The notes under the pieces: generated by a model
Seen by the model: the letters and a program-made list of their open reading frames with translations, nothing else
What the model was told of the DNA's origin: nothing
Database searches by the model: none
NCBI GenBank assembly: GCA_027484655.1
Contig: JAIXSM010000002.1
Span: forward strand, 18,249 to 82,248
Source of the DNA: Hyphomicrobiales bacterium
Lineage (GTDB): Bacteria; Pseudomonadota; Alphaproteobacteria; Rhizobiales; Beijerinckiaceae
Direction of reading: 5' to 3'
Length of the DNA stretch: 64,000 bases
Shown: positions 37,692-47,361 of the stretch, one piece after another
Layout of the letters: every line of letters starts with the position of its first letter
How positions within the stretch are numbered: position 1 is the stretch's first letter
Made by a program: the position numbers and the translations under genes

Positions 37692-38657
37692 ATGGCCGTT
37701 TACACTGAAGTCAGCGACGAAGACCTCTCGGCCTTCCTTGCGGGCTATGACATCGGTCCCCTCATGTCCCTCAAGGGCATCGCCGAGGGTGTGGAGAACA
37801 CGAACTATCTTCTCCATACGGGGGCGGGCTACTTCATCCTGACCCTGTACGAGAAGCGAGTGGCGGAAGGCGACCTGCCGTTCTTCCTCGGCCTCATGGA
37901 GCATCTCGCCGACCGCGGCGTCACCTGTCCGCTTCCGGTCCGCAACCGGGCTGGGCAGGCGCTTGGCCGTCTCGGGGGACGCCCTGCCGCCATCGTCACG
38001 TTTCTTGAGGGCATGTCCGTGCGTCGGCCCGAGGCGCGCCATTGCGGGATGCTTGGCGAGGCGCTGGGCGCCCTGCACCGGGCCGGATCCGATTTTACGT
38101 TAAGCCGCGACAATGCGCTGTCCCTTGCGGGTTGGTCCTCGCTGTACCGCGAGGCGGAGCCCCGCGCCGACGCCGTCGCCCCGGGGCTTTCGGCCACCCT
38201 TGCTGGAGAACTGGAATACCTCGCGCGCCACTGGCCGACCGGACTTCCCGCAGGCGTCATCCACGCTGATCTCTTTCCCGACAACGTGTTCTTTCTCGGC
38301 GGCAAGTTGTCGGGGCTGATCGATTTCTATTTCGCCTGTCGGGATTTCTACGCCTACGATCTCGCCATCTGCCTGAACGCCTGGTGTTTCGAGCCGGACG
38401 CCTCGTTCAACGTCACCAAGGGCATGGCGCTGATCGAGGGCTACCGCCGCGCGCGGGATCTTGAGCCGGCCGAGATCGAGGCGTTACCTGTGCTTGCGCG
38501 CGGCGCTGCGCTGCGCTTTTTGCTGACGCGTCTCGTGGACTGGCTCGACACCCGCGGCGGGGCGCTCGTGAAGAAGAAAGATCCCATGGAATACCTGAAG
38601 AAGCTGCGCTTCCATCAGCAGGCGTCGAGCGCGCGCGACTACGGGCTCGTTGGATGA
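37692..38657 (+). CDS. thrB: Homoserine kinase type II
   Basis: [48 protein letters not shown]. Confidence 0.97.
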   Translation: MAVYTEVSDEDLSAFLAGYDIGPLMSLKGIAEGVENTNYLLHTGAGYFILTLYEKRVAEGDLPFFLGLMEHLADRGVTCPLPVRNRAGQALGRLGGRPAAIVTFLEGMSVRRPEARHCGMLGEALGALHRAGSDFTLSRDNALSLAGWSSLYREAEPRADAVAPGLSATLAGELEYLARHWPTGLPAGVIHADLFPDNVFFLGGKLSGLIDFYFACRDFYAYDLAICLNAWCFEPDASFNVTKGMALIEGYRRARDLEPAEIEALPVLARGAALRFLLTRLVDWLDTRGGALVKKKDPMEYLKKLRFHQQASSARDYGLVG

Positions 38658-39097
38658 CCTCCACGGTTGCGATCTGGACGGACGGCGCGTGCTCCGGCAA
38701 TCCCGGCCCGGGCGGGTGGGGCGCCGTATTGACGTTCGGCGATCTCGAAAAGGACATGTGCGGCGGCGAGGCGCTCACCACCAACAACCGCATGGAGCTG
38801 ATGGCGGCGATCATGGCGCTTGAGGCGCTGAAGCGGCCCTGCGCGGTCGATCTTCACACCGATTCGCAGTATGTGCGCGGCGGCGTCACGGGCTGGATCA
38901 ACGGCTGGAAGCGCAATGGCTGGAAGACCGCTGACAGGAAGCCGGTCAAGAATGTCGATCTCTGGCAGCGTCTGGACGAGGCGCAGGCGCGTCACGAGGT
39001 GAAGTGGCACTGGGTCAAGGGCCACGCCGGCGATGTGATGAACGAACGCGCCGACGAGCTTGCGCGCAAAGGCATGGCGCCCTTCAAGTCCCGTTGA
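38654..39097 (+). CDS. rnhA: Ribonuclease HI
   Basis: [52 protein letters not shown]. Confidence 0.98.
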   Translation: MTSTVAIWTDGACSGNPGPGGWGAVLTFGDLEKDMCGGEALTTNNRMELMAAIMALEALKRPCAVDLHTDSQYVRGGVTGWINGWKRNGWKTADRKPVKNVDLWQRLDEAQARHEVKWHWVKGHAGDVMNERADELARKGMAPFKSR

Positions 39098-39107
39098 GGC
39101 TACCGTA

Positions 39108-39199
39108 CTCCCACATTCCCGGGGCGGGCTAAGCCCGAACCCGGGACCCAGCGACTTCTTCTCTGGACCCCGGATCGCTCCGCGTCCGGGGAAGTGGAG
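39108..39199. repeat. Composite REP/MITE-like element, copy 1
   Basis: CCCACATTCCCGGGGCGGGCTAAGCCCGAACCCGGGACCCA + variable spacer + CCCCGGATCGCTCCGCGTCCGGGGAAGTGGAG; imperfect terminal inverted repeats. Confidence 0.8.
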
Positions 39200-39204
39200 C
39201 TGCC

Positions 39205-40005
39205 TCACAAAAAATTATTCGGCCAGATCATGCTGCGCCACATGTGCGCCGAGGGGCTCGCATCAAAGCCCAGTCCCTCTTCCGGCTGCCGGAACGCCCG
39301 GCCGATCACATCCTCGAACTCGCGCACGTCCACAACGACGTTGGGATCGAACGCATAGAGATCGTTCGCCGTCACAAGGCGGGCGGCCATGTAGTGCTTG
39401 TGGCTGCGGGCGTAGGCTGCGGCCTCCTCGATGTATTTGGGCGGCGTATAGTCCTCGCCGAACGCCCGCTTGTAGAGATCGGGATACTCGTAGCCGCTCT
39501 CGGGGTCGGGATAGAACCGCAGCGCCTGATGATAGCGCACGGCGAAGGTCACCTCCTCGTCCACGTAGGGCTCGATGAGCTGCGCGCCGTAGTAGCCATG
39601 GTCGCAGCGCACGTGGGCGACGACCGCCACATCGTGCAGCAGGCAGGCGAGGATGATGTTGTCGGACAGGCCCTTCTTCTTAGCGAGCGCCGCGCTTTGC
39701 AGCAGGTGCGTGCCGCCGCGCCGGTTGAGAAGGATGCGGCGTTCAAAATAGTCGATCAGAGTCGGCTTGTCCGGCATGGCCGGCAGGCGCGGCTCCTCAT
39801 GCATGAGGTAGAGGCCCGACGAGGCGTTGAAGCCGCCGGTCGCGGTGAGTCCGACCTTGGCGAAGTAGGGCGTCATGGCCTTGCGGTCGATCAGGGACAG
39901 CATGGCCTTTTCGATGAGTTCCTCGCGGTCCTCCTCGGTCATGCCGGGAAACGCTTTCTCCCGGGCGATCCTGAGGGCCTCTTCAACAAGCTCCGCCTGG
40001 GTCAC
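39205..40005 (-). CDS. HD-domain metalloprotein (PhnZ/MIOX-like motif layout), function unknown
   Basis: GTG start after AGGAGGAG; HLLQSA..A...G......ACLLHD, DHG..GA, V.YH and late ND residues. Confidence 0.8.
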   Translation of the reverse strand: MTQAELVEEALRIAREKAFPGMTEEDREELIEKAMLSLIDRKAMTPYFAKVGLTATGGFNASSGLYLMHEEPRLPAMPDKPTLIDYFERRILLNRRGGTHLLQSAALAKKKGLSDNIILACLLHDVAVVAHVRCDHGYYGAQLIEPYVDEEVTFAVRYHQALRFYPDPESGYEYPDLYKRAFGEDYTPPKYIEEAAAYARSHKHYMAARLVTANDLYAFDPNVVVDVREFEDVIGRAFRQPEEGLGFDASPSAHMWRSMIWPNNFL

Positions 40006-40125
40006 GACGTCTCCTCCTGGGCGCCACAGTCGCGCGGCGTTCGCCTTCCAGATATACAGCGTTCCCAGGCGAGGCCGCCAGTGGCGGCGGCGAGCGCGAA
40101 ACCGGCGTGCGAACTGGAGAGTGGA

Positions 40126-41238
40126 ATGCCCGATCTGGCGCAGCTTGGCGAGGATCTCCGCAAGATCGATAGCCTCATCATGGACCTTGTGAAGCGCCGC
40201 ATGGACGTGGCCCATCTCGTCGCCCAGGAGAAACAGCGCACCGGCGGGCTCATGTATCGTCCGCAGATCGAGGACCAGCGTATCGCCGCCATCGGCGAGC
40301 ACGCCCGCTCCATCGGCCTCAACCCGCACATGGCGCGCGCCATGCTTTATTTCCTGATCGCTGAATCCTGCAAGGAGCAGACGATCCTCATCGAGTCGCA
40401 GCAGGGCTCGGCTGCGCGGCCGGACGCGGACCGGCTGAAAGAAAACCTTCTGCGCCTCACTGAGAAGGTCGCGGCCTCCTACGACGAGCGTGATCTCTCC
40501 CGCGCCTTCGCGACGCAGGCCTATGCGGCCTACGAGATGGAGCTGATCCGCGCCGACGCGCAGGCCAGCGGCGACCGCGCGCTGGCGCTCGATCTTGGCT
40601 GCGCCACCGGGCGCGTGGCGCTTGATCTCGCATCCCTGTTCGAGGCGGTCGCCGGCTACGACGTGAGCCCGCATATGGTCGCAGCGGCGCAGGCCAAGGC
40701 GGCGGCGCGGGGCGCCAGCAACGCGCGCTTCGCCGCGCTCGATCTTGACGCCCAGCCCCTGCCGGAAGTCGACGCCAGCGCCTCGTTCGTGGTGATGAAC
40801 ATGGGCACTGCGAGCGACGTGGCGAACTTGCCCCATGTGCTGGGCGAGATAGGCCGCGCGCTGAAGCCCGGCGGGCGGTTCCTGCTCACATTCTACAACG
40901 CCGATGCGCTGCTCTACAAAATGGGATTCCTGCCGTGGGTCGCGAGCCTGGAGGCGGTGGTGAACCCCTACACCATGTGCCTCGATGTGCGCATTGGCGA
41001 CGCGCTCGCGCCCGTTCACGCGCAGCTCTACGCGGAGGGGGATGTGCGCGCGGCCTTGCCCGGGACGCTTTCGGTCGATGCGGTGTCGAGTTTTCCGCAG
41101 ATTGCGGCCGTTCTGCCGGACGAGGTGCTGGGCGACGCAAAGGTGCGCGCGTCCATCGACCGGCTTGACCGCGAGTTGGCGAAAGGCGCCGAGGGCCACG
41201 GCGGCGCGTATCTGATCGTGCGCGGCCGGCGGGTTTGA
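40126..41238 (+). CDS. Fusion of an AroQ chorismate-mutase-like domain and a class I SAM-dependent methyltransferase
   Basis: Residues 1-90 LRKIDSLIMDLVKRRMDVAHLVAQEK...E...ESCKEQ; C-terminal ALDLGCATG, GYDVSPHMV, ALKPGGRFLL. Confidence 0.85.
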   Translation: MPDLAQLGEDLRKIDSLIMDLVKRRMDVAHLVAQEKQRTGGLMYRPQIEDQRIAAIGEHARSIGLNPHMARAMLYFLIAESCKEQTILIESQQGSAARPDADRLKENLLRLTEKVAASYDERDLSRAFATQAYAAYEMELIRADAQASGDRALALDLGCATGRVALDLASLFEAVAGYDVSPHMVAAAQAKAAARGASNARFAALDLDAQPLPEVDASASFVVMNMGTASDVANLPHVLGEIGRALKPGGRFLLTFYNADALLYKMGFLPWVASLEAVVNPYTMCLDVRIGDALAPVHAQLYAEGDVRAALPGTLSVDAVSSFPQIAAVLPDEVLGDAKVRASIDRLDRELAKGAEGHGGAYLIVRGRRV

Positions 41239-41252
41239 GGCTTGGGGAAGAG

Positions 41253-41411
41253 GCGCGCGGGGACGCGCGCGGTCCATCAGAATGGGGCTCCACTTTCCCG
41301 GGGCGGGCGCAGCCCGAACCCGGGACCCAGCCTCCCACACAACCGCCGGACCGGATCGCCTTCGGCGTCCGGGGATGTGACGCAAGTGCGCGCGGGGACG
41401 CGCGCGGTCCA
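41253..41411. repeat. Exact 24-bp direct repeat bracketing REP copy 2
   Basis: GCGCGCGGGGACGCGCGCGGTCCA at 41253-41276 and 41388-41411. Confidence 0.85.
41288..41380. repeat. Composite REP/MITE-like element, copy 2
   Basis: CTCCACTTTCCCGGGGCGGGCGCAGCCCGAACCCGGGACCCA ... CCGGATCGCCTTCGGCGTCCGGGGATGTG. Confidence 0.8.
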
Positions 41412-41501
41412 GTGTAGCGCCCACCTTGCCGCCATGGGTGACCTTTGCCCGCGCCTGCGCTAGACACGTGCCCAACAACACACCCAGCAGCCGAGAGCAC
41501 C

Positions 41502-42905
41502 GTGCGTTACATCTCCACCCGCGGCGAAGCCCCCGTCCTGACCTTCAACGACGCCATGCTCGCAGGCCTCGCGCGCGACGGCGGGCTCTACATGCCCGAG
41601 TCGTTTCCCGTCATCGGCGCCGATGAGATCGCCGGTTTCGCGGGCAAGACCTACGCGCAGGTGGCCGAGCGGGTGATTTCGCCCTTCGTTGACGGCGACA
41701 TCGCCCCGGCCGCGTTCCAGCATATGGTGGAGAGCGCCTACGCCGGGTTCCGCCACCCGGCGGTCACGCCCCTGTGCCAGATCGGCGACAATCTGTTCGT
41801 GCTTGAGCTGTTCCACGGCCCCACGCTCGCGTTCAAGGACGTGGCGATGCAGCTGCTCGCGCGCATGATGGATCACGCCCTGAAGGAGCGCGGCGAGCGC
41901 GCCACCATCGTCGGCGCGACCTCCGGCGACACGGGCGCCGCCGCCATCGAGGCGTTCCGTGGGCTGGAGCAGGTGGATGTGTTCATCATGTACCCGCACC
42001 AGCGCGTGTCCGAGGTGCAACGCCGGCAGATGACCGGCGTCGATGCCCACAACATCCACACCATCGCGCTGGAAGGCACCTTCGACGACTGCCAGGCGAT
42101 CCTGAAGGGCTTGTTCAACAACCACGCGTTCCGCGACGAGCTCAGGCTTTCGGGCGTGAACTCGATCAACTGGGCCCGCGTGGTGGCGCAGACCGTCTAT
42201 TATTTTACGAGCGCCGTGGTGCTCGGCGGCCCCCACCGGCCGGTGTCGTTTGCTGTGCCCACGGGCAACTTCGGCGACATTCTCGCTGGATGGATCGCCA
42301 AGCGCATGGGCCTGCCCGTCGAGCGGCTGGTGATCGCCACCAACGAGAACGACATTCTGGCGCGCACGCTGGACACTGGCGCCTACGAGGTGCGCGGCGT
42401 GCAGCCGACGACTTCGCCCTCCATGGACATTCAGGTGTCGTCCAATTTTGAGCGCCTGCTGTTCGACGCCTGCGGCCGTGACGCCGCCATGGTGCGCGCG
42501 CTCATGGCGAGCCTGCGCCAGAGCGGACGCTTCGAGATTCCAGCCGGCCCGCTCGCGGTCATCCGTGACGAGTTCGACGCCTTCCGCACCGGCGAGACCG
42601 GAACCCGCAAGGAAATCGAACGGGTGTTCTCCGAGTGCGGCGTGATGATCGACCCGCATACGGCGGTGGGCGTCCACGCGGCCCGCAAGTCGCTGACAAA
42701 GGATCCGGCCACGCCCATGGTGGTGCTGGGTACGGCTCATCCCGCGAAGTTCTCGGACGCGGTGCGCGGCGCTATCGGGCAGGCTGCGCCCCTGCCGCCC
42801 CATCTTGCGCAATTGATGTCCGCGCGCGAACACTTCACCGTGTTGCCGAACGATCAGGCGGCGATTGAGCGGTTCGTGCGCGACCGGGCGCGGGCAGGCG
42901 GCTGA
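41502..42905 (+). CDS. thrC: Threonine synthase
   Basis: RYISTRG, GLARDGGLY.P, LELFHGPTLAFKD, ATSGDTG, NSINWAR, VPTGNFG, TAHPAKF. Confidence 0.98.
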   Translation: MRYISTRGEAPVLTFNDAMLAGLARDGGLYMPESFPVIGADEIAGFAGKTYAQVAERVISPFVDGDIAPAAFQHMVESAYAGFRHPAVTPLCQIGDNLFVLELFHGPTLAFKDVAMQLLARMMDHALKERGERATIVGATSGDTGAAAIEAFRGLEQVDVFIMYPHQRVSEVQRRQMTGVDAHNIHTIALEGTFDDCQAILKGLFNNHAFRDELRLSGVNSINWARVVAQTVYYFTSAVVLGGPHRPVSFAVPTGNFGDILAGWIAKRMGLPVERLVIATNENDILARTLDTGAYEVRGVQPTTSPSMDIQVSSNFERLLFDACGRDAAMVRALMASLRQSGRFEIPAGPLAVIRDEFDAFRTGETGTRKEIERVFSECGVMIDPHTAVGVHAARKSLTKDPATPMVVLGTAHPAKFSDAVRGAIGQAAPLPPHLAQLMSAREHFTVLPNDQAAIERFVRDRARAGG

Positions 42906-42980
42906 CGCGGAGCGGTCTGCCGCGGGAGTGGTGCGGGCAGGCGGCTGACGCGGAGCGGTCGGCCGCGGGAGTGGTGCGGG
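42890..42980. repeat. 43-bp tandem duplication spanning the thrC stop codon
   Basis: GCGGGCAGGCGGCTGACGCGGAGCGGTC(T/G)GCCGCGGGAGTGGT twice (42890-42932, 42933-42975), one mismatch. Confidence 0.9.
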
Positions 42981-43598
42981 ATGGCGCTGTTCGGGATCAG
43001 GGCGTCTGTCGATGAGGCGTATCTCATCCGGGGCGATGGGCTGTACCTGCGCCCCGGCGAGATGCGCGATTTCCAGCAATGGGCCGAACTGCGGGAGCGC
43101 AGCCGCGCGTTCCTGACGCCATGGGAGCCCGTCTGGCCCGCGGACGACCTCACGCGCTCCGCCTTCCGGCGGCGTCTGCGGCGGCAGGCCGACGAGATTG
43201 AGCGGGACGAGACCTATCCCTTTTTCCTGTTCCGCGAGGCCGACCATGCGCTCATGGGCGGGCTGACGATTGGGCAGGTGCGCCGGGGCGTCGCCCAGGC
43301 CGCGACGCTGGGCTACTGGATGGGGCACGAGTTCGCCGGCCGCGGCCATATGTCGAAGGCCGTGCGCGCGGCGCTGGGGTACGGCTTCGGCGCCATGCGG
43401 CTGCACCGGGTGGAGGCCGCCTGCGTGCCCGGCAACGTGCGCTCGAAGCGGCTGCTGGAGCGGTGCGGTTTCCAGCAGGAAGGTTACGCGCGCTCCTACC
43501 TGCGCATCAATGGCGCGTGGCAGGATCACCTTCTGTTCGCCATTCTTTCGTCTGACCCGATCCGCGCGCCGGGCGCGCCGCAAGCCTCTCACAGTTAA
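42981..43598 (+). CDS. RimJ/RimL-family GNAT N-acetyltransferase
   Basis: LTPWEP.W, RRGVAQAATLGYWMG...G.G.M, LHRVEAAC.P.N..S..LL...GFQQEGYAR.YL.ING.WQDH. Confidence 0.93.
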   Translation: MALFGIRASVDEAYLIRGDGLYLRPGEMRDFQQWAELRERSRAFLTPWEPVWPADDLTRSAFRRRLRRQADEIERDETYPFFLFREADHALMGGLTIGQVRRGVAQAATLGYWMGHEFAGRGHMSKAVRAALGYGFGAMRLHRVEAACVPGNVRSKRLLERCGFQQEGYARSYLRINGAWQDHLLFAILSSDPIRAPGAPQASHS

Positions 43599-43744
43599 CC
43601 ACAACCACGATGCGTCCGGGATGCGCGAACTCTTGCTCCGGCGCGGGCCAGGTCGTACCAATCACACTTCCGACACGGTCGAAGTCCACGGCTTCGGCGC
43701 TATGCGACCTGCGGCGCTCGCGCCGCCGAGACGACAGGAAGATT

Positions 43745-46636
43745 GTGCGTCGGCTTCTACACCTGATCTGTGCGATTTTCGTCCTCGCGTTGGCAGCCGG
43801 CCCCGCGTTCGCGGTGGAGTCTGTGCGCGTGCCCATCGACGCGCGGGCGATTGACCTCACCCGCGCGATTGACCGTTACTCAGGGCAGGGCGACCGCCTT
43901 CAGGTCTCCACCGCGCCCGGCGCCGATGGCATCGTGCGCCGCATCGAGGTGTCCGCGCGCGAGACCGGCACGCAGCCGTCCTGGATCGTGTTCGCTCTCA
44001 CAAACGACAGCAACGAGCAGTTCGATCGCCTGATCGTTGCGCCCCATTTCATGCTCGCGGGATCGGGCGTCGTCTGGCCGGATCTCGGCTCGTCCCGCAT
44101 CGCCGCCATCACCACCAGCCAAGGCTTTCCGCCGGAGCGCGAGGAGGTCGCCGGCGCCGACGTGTTCCGCCTGACGCTGGATCCGGGCGCCACCGTCACC
44201 TACGTGGCCGAGCTGCGCACCCTCGACCTGCCGCAGATTTACCTTTGGGAGCCCGAGGCTTACCGCGACAAGGTCGCCAACCTCACGCTCTACAAGGGCA
44301 TCGTGATCGGCGTGGCGGGTCTGCTCGCCTTGTTCCTCACCATCGTCTTCGTAGTGAAGGGCGCCGTGATCTTCCCCGCGGCGGCGGCGCTCGCGTGGGC
44401 CGTGCTCGCCTATGTCTGCATCGATTTCGGGTTCTGGAACAAGCTCTTCGGCATTGAGGGCGAAGCCGACAGGGTGTGGCGCGCCGGCGCCGAGGCGATT
44501 CTCGCCGCAACCCTGCTGGTGTTCCTGTTCGCGTATCTCAACCTTAACCGCTGGCACGTGCGCGCCTCCCACGTGGCCGCCGTCTGGCTCGCGTTCCTTG
44601 TGGCGCTCGTCGCGCTTGCGGTGTTCGATGCGCCGGTGGCCGCGGGCGTCGCCCGCATTTCGCTCGCCGCCATAGCGGGGGCGGGGTTCGCCCTCGTCCT
44701 GTATCTGGCGCTGCACGGCGTCGAGCGCGCCGTGATGCTGATGCCCACGTGGTTCCTGCTGCTGCTCTGGCTCACGGCCGGCGGCTTCACGGTGACGGGC
44801 ACGCTGAACCATGATCTCGTCGCCCCCGCTTTGCTGGGCGGCCTCGTGCTGATCGTGATGCTGATCGGCTTCACGGTCATGCAGAATGCGTTCGCTGGCG
44901 CGGGCCTCTCACACGGCGCCGTCTCCGACGGGGAGCGCCGCGCTCTGGCGCTGGTCGGCTCCGGCGATTTCGTGTTCGACTGGGACGTGACGTCCGACCG
45001 GATCTACGTGAGCCCCGAGGCCGAATACAGTCTGGGTCTGCGTCGCGGCGCGCTGGAAGGGCCAGCGGCCGGTTGGCTTGAGGTGCTGCACCCGTTCGAT
45101 CGCGACCGCTACAGCTCCTGTCTGGACACGATCCTCGAGCAGCGCCGCGGACGCATCAACCTCGACTTCCGGCTGCGTTCATCGGACGGGCATTACCTCT
45201 GGTACTTCCTCAAGGCCCGGCCCGTGGTCGGCGCGGACGGCGAGGTGATTCGCGTCGTCGGCACGCTTTCCGACATCACCGAGAGCCGCACCGCAGAAGA
45301 GCGTATGCTCCACGACGCCGTGCGCGACCATCTTACCGGGTTGCCCAACCGTGAGATTTTCTTCGACCGGCTCGACACTGCGCTGGACATCGCGCGCGCC
45401 AATCGCGAAGAGCGGTCGACCGTCATCTCCATCGATATTGACCGGTTCCGGCAGGTCAACGATCTCGTCGGCCGCCCCGGTGGCGACTCGATTCTATTGA
45501 CCATCGCCCGCAGGCTGCTGCGCCTGCTGCAAACACAGGACACGCTGGCCCGCATCACAAGCGACGAGTTCGCCATGATCGTGCGCTCCGAGCGCGACCC
45601 GCAGGCCATCATCGCCATTGCGGAAGCGATCCGTCGCACGCTCCTGACGCCGATCACCTTCAACGACCGCGAGGTGTCGATCACCGCATCCATCGGCATT
45701 GCGCTGTTCGATCCCAACCTGCACCAGCAGCGCGACGACATGCTGAAGGACGCCCAGATCGCGACCGCCCGCGCAAAACGCAGCGGCGGCAACCGCGTGG
45801 AGTTCTTCCGCGCCGCCATGCGCACCCAGCATTCAGACCGCCTCTCGCTGCAGGCTGACCTGCAGCGCGCCATGGACAGGGGCGAGATCAACCTCACGTT
45901 CCGCCCGGTGGTGCGCCTGGAGGACCGGACTATCGCCGGCTTTGAGGCGATGATGCGCTGGGATCACCCGCGCTTCGGCCGCCTCACACCGGCGGATTTC
46001 GTGCCGATAGCCGAAGACAGCGGCCTCATTGTCGATCTCACGCTGTTCGCGCTCGAGCGCACCGCCCGCGAACTGGCGGCCTGGCAAGGCTCCCTTGATG
46101 TTCATCCGCCGATTTTCGCCAGCGTGGACCTGACCTCGCGGCGGCTCCTGCGCCACGATCTCCTCCACGAGGTGAAGGGCGTGATCACGCGCTCTGGAGT
46201 TCTTCCCGGCACTTTGCTGCTGGAGATCAGCGAACGTCTGATTATGGAGAACCCGGAATACTGCGTGCAGATTCTGGAACGTATTCGCGAGATTGGCGCG
46301 GGCGTTTGCCTGGACGAGTTTGGCGCGGGCCAGTCGTCGTTCGCCTACCTTCAGCGTTTCCCCTGCGATATCGTCAAGCTGGATCGCACATTTGTGCGCT
46401 CCGACGCCGCCGGCGCCCGCCCGCCCATCCTGCGCTCGCTGATCTCGCTGGCGCACGATCTTGGCATGGAGGTGATCGCCGAAGGCGCGGAAACGGAAAG
46501 CGACACCATCGAGCTGTTCCAGCTGGGCAGCGAGTTCGCGCAGGGCTACGCCTTTGGCAACCCGCTCAGCGCAGCGGAAGCCCGTCGTCTGGTCGGCGCG
46601 GTGTCGGAGCTGCCGGAAACGAGGGTCGCGAGCTGA
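43745..46636 (+). CDS. Membrane sensor with 7TM-DISM-like region, PAS, GGDEF and EAL domains
   Basis: Signal peptide, periplasmic domain, about 7 TMs, FDWD..HPFDR PAS, DHLTGLPNR, ARITSDEF, GFEAMMRW, AEGAE; start estimated. Confidence 0.9.
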   Translation: MRRLLHLICAIFVLALAAGPAFAVESVRVPIDARAIDLTRAIDRYSGQGDRLQVSTAPGADGIVRRIEVSARETGTQPSWIVFALTNDSNEQFDRLIVAPHFMLAGSGVVWPDLGSSRIAAITTSQGFPPEREEVAGADVFRLTLDPGATVTYVAELRTLDLPQIYLWEPEAYRDKVANLTLYKGIVIGVAGLLALFLTIVFVVKGAVIFPAAAALAWAVLAYVCIDFGFWNKLFGIEGEADRVWRAGAEAILAATLLVFLFAYLNLNRWHVRASHVAAVWLAFLVALVALAVFDAPVAAGVARISLAAIAGAGFALVLYLALHGVERAVMLMPTWFLLLLWLTAGGFTVTGTLNHDLVAPALLGGLVLIVMLIGFTVMQNAFAGAGLSHGAVSDGERRALALVGSGDFVFDWDVTSDRIYVSPEAEYSLGLRRGALEGPAAGWLEVLHPFDRDRYSSCLDTILEQRRGRINLDFRLRSSDGHYLWYFLKARPVVGADGEVIRVVGTLSDITESRTAEERMLHDAVRDHLTGLPNREIFFDRLDTALDIARANREERSTVISIDIDRFRQVNDLVGRPGGDSILLTIARRLLRLLQTQDTLARITSDEFAMIVRSERDPQAIIAIAEAIRRTLLTPITFNDREVSITASIGIALFDPNLHQQRDDMLKDAQIATARAKRSGGNRVEFFRAAMRTQHSDRLSLQADLQRAMDRGEINLTFRPVVRLEDRTIAGFEAMMRWDHPRFGRLTPADFVPIAEDSGLIVDLTLFALERTARELAAWQGSLDVHPPIFASVDLTSRRLLRHDLLHEVKGVITRSGVLPGTLLLEISERLIMENPEYCVQILERIREIGAGVCLDEFGAGQSSFAYLQRFPCDIVKLDRTFVRSDAAGARPPILRSLISLAHDLGMEVIAEGAETESDTIELFQLGSEFAQGYAFGNPLSAAEARRLVGAVSELPETRVAS

Positions 46637-46639
46637 CGA

Positions 46640-47254
46640 TCAGGCGTGCCCGGCTTCACTGACGAGCGCGGCGGGATTGATCCCCAGCTTCCTGAGCGCG
46701 CGGTCGTACTTGGACGCATGGTCCTGATCGAACAAAAGGTTCTCGTCGGCGGCGCAGGTGAGCCAGCCGTTCTGCTGGATTTCTTCCTCGAGCTGTCCGC
46801 CCGCCCATCCAGCATAGCCGAGCGCGAGGACCGCGCGCCGGGGCCCCGCGCCTTGCGCGATCGCGCGCAGGATATCCACGGTCGCGGTCAGCGACACTGA
46901 TGGGTCGATGGAGAGCGTGGCGGCCGCCGCATGGTAATCGGGCGAATGCAGCACAAAGCCGCGCCCTTTCTCCACCGGCCCTCCGCGGAGCACCTGCACA
47001 GCGCCCAATGAGGGCGGCAGGCGGATGGCGTCCTCCTCGCCGATGACCTCAAGCTGGACAAGGAGATCCGTGAACTTGATCGATTTTGACCGGCGATTCA
47101 CGATAATGCCCATCGCCCCTTCGGCTGAGTGGGCGCAAAGGTACACCAGCGATCGGGAGAAGCGCTGATCACCCATCGTAGGCATGGCGATCAGCATCTG
47201 CCCTTCGAGGCTCCCGACTTCGGGGCGACCGATCATGAGGCGGTTTATGCTCAT
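46640..47254 (-). CDS. YqgE/AlgH-family protein
   Basis: LIAMP.M.D..F.RSLVYLC.H..EGAMG, GGPVE..RGFVLHS, LGYAGW..GQLE.EI..N.WL. Confidence 0.93.
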   Translation of the reverse strand: MSINRLMIGRPEVGSLEGQMLIAMPTMGDQRFSRSLVYLCAHSAEGAMGIIVNRRSKSIKFTDLLVQLEVIGEEDAIRLPPSLGAVQVLRGGPVEKGRGFVLHSPDYHAAAATLSIDPSVSLTATVDILRAIAQGAGPRRAVLALGYAGWAGGQLEEEIQQNGWLTCAADENLLFDQDHASKYDRALRKLGINPAALVSEAGHA

Positions 47255-47361
47255 GAGCCGAAGGTAAGGCGCTCTGGACTTGGGAACAAGGCGGCCGCCG
47301 CAAGAATGGGAAGTTCACGTAAACGTTTGTTGGCGAAGCTCGCCCCATGGATGAAGTTGCC

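Noticed and set aside
39205-41481. 758-aa and 664-aa overlapping ORFs as giant fusion proteins
   Set aside because: Their N-terminal halves are antisense shadows of each other. The real genes start at 40005 (minus strand, strong RBS) and 40126 (plus strand).
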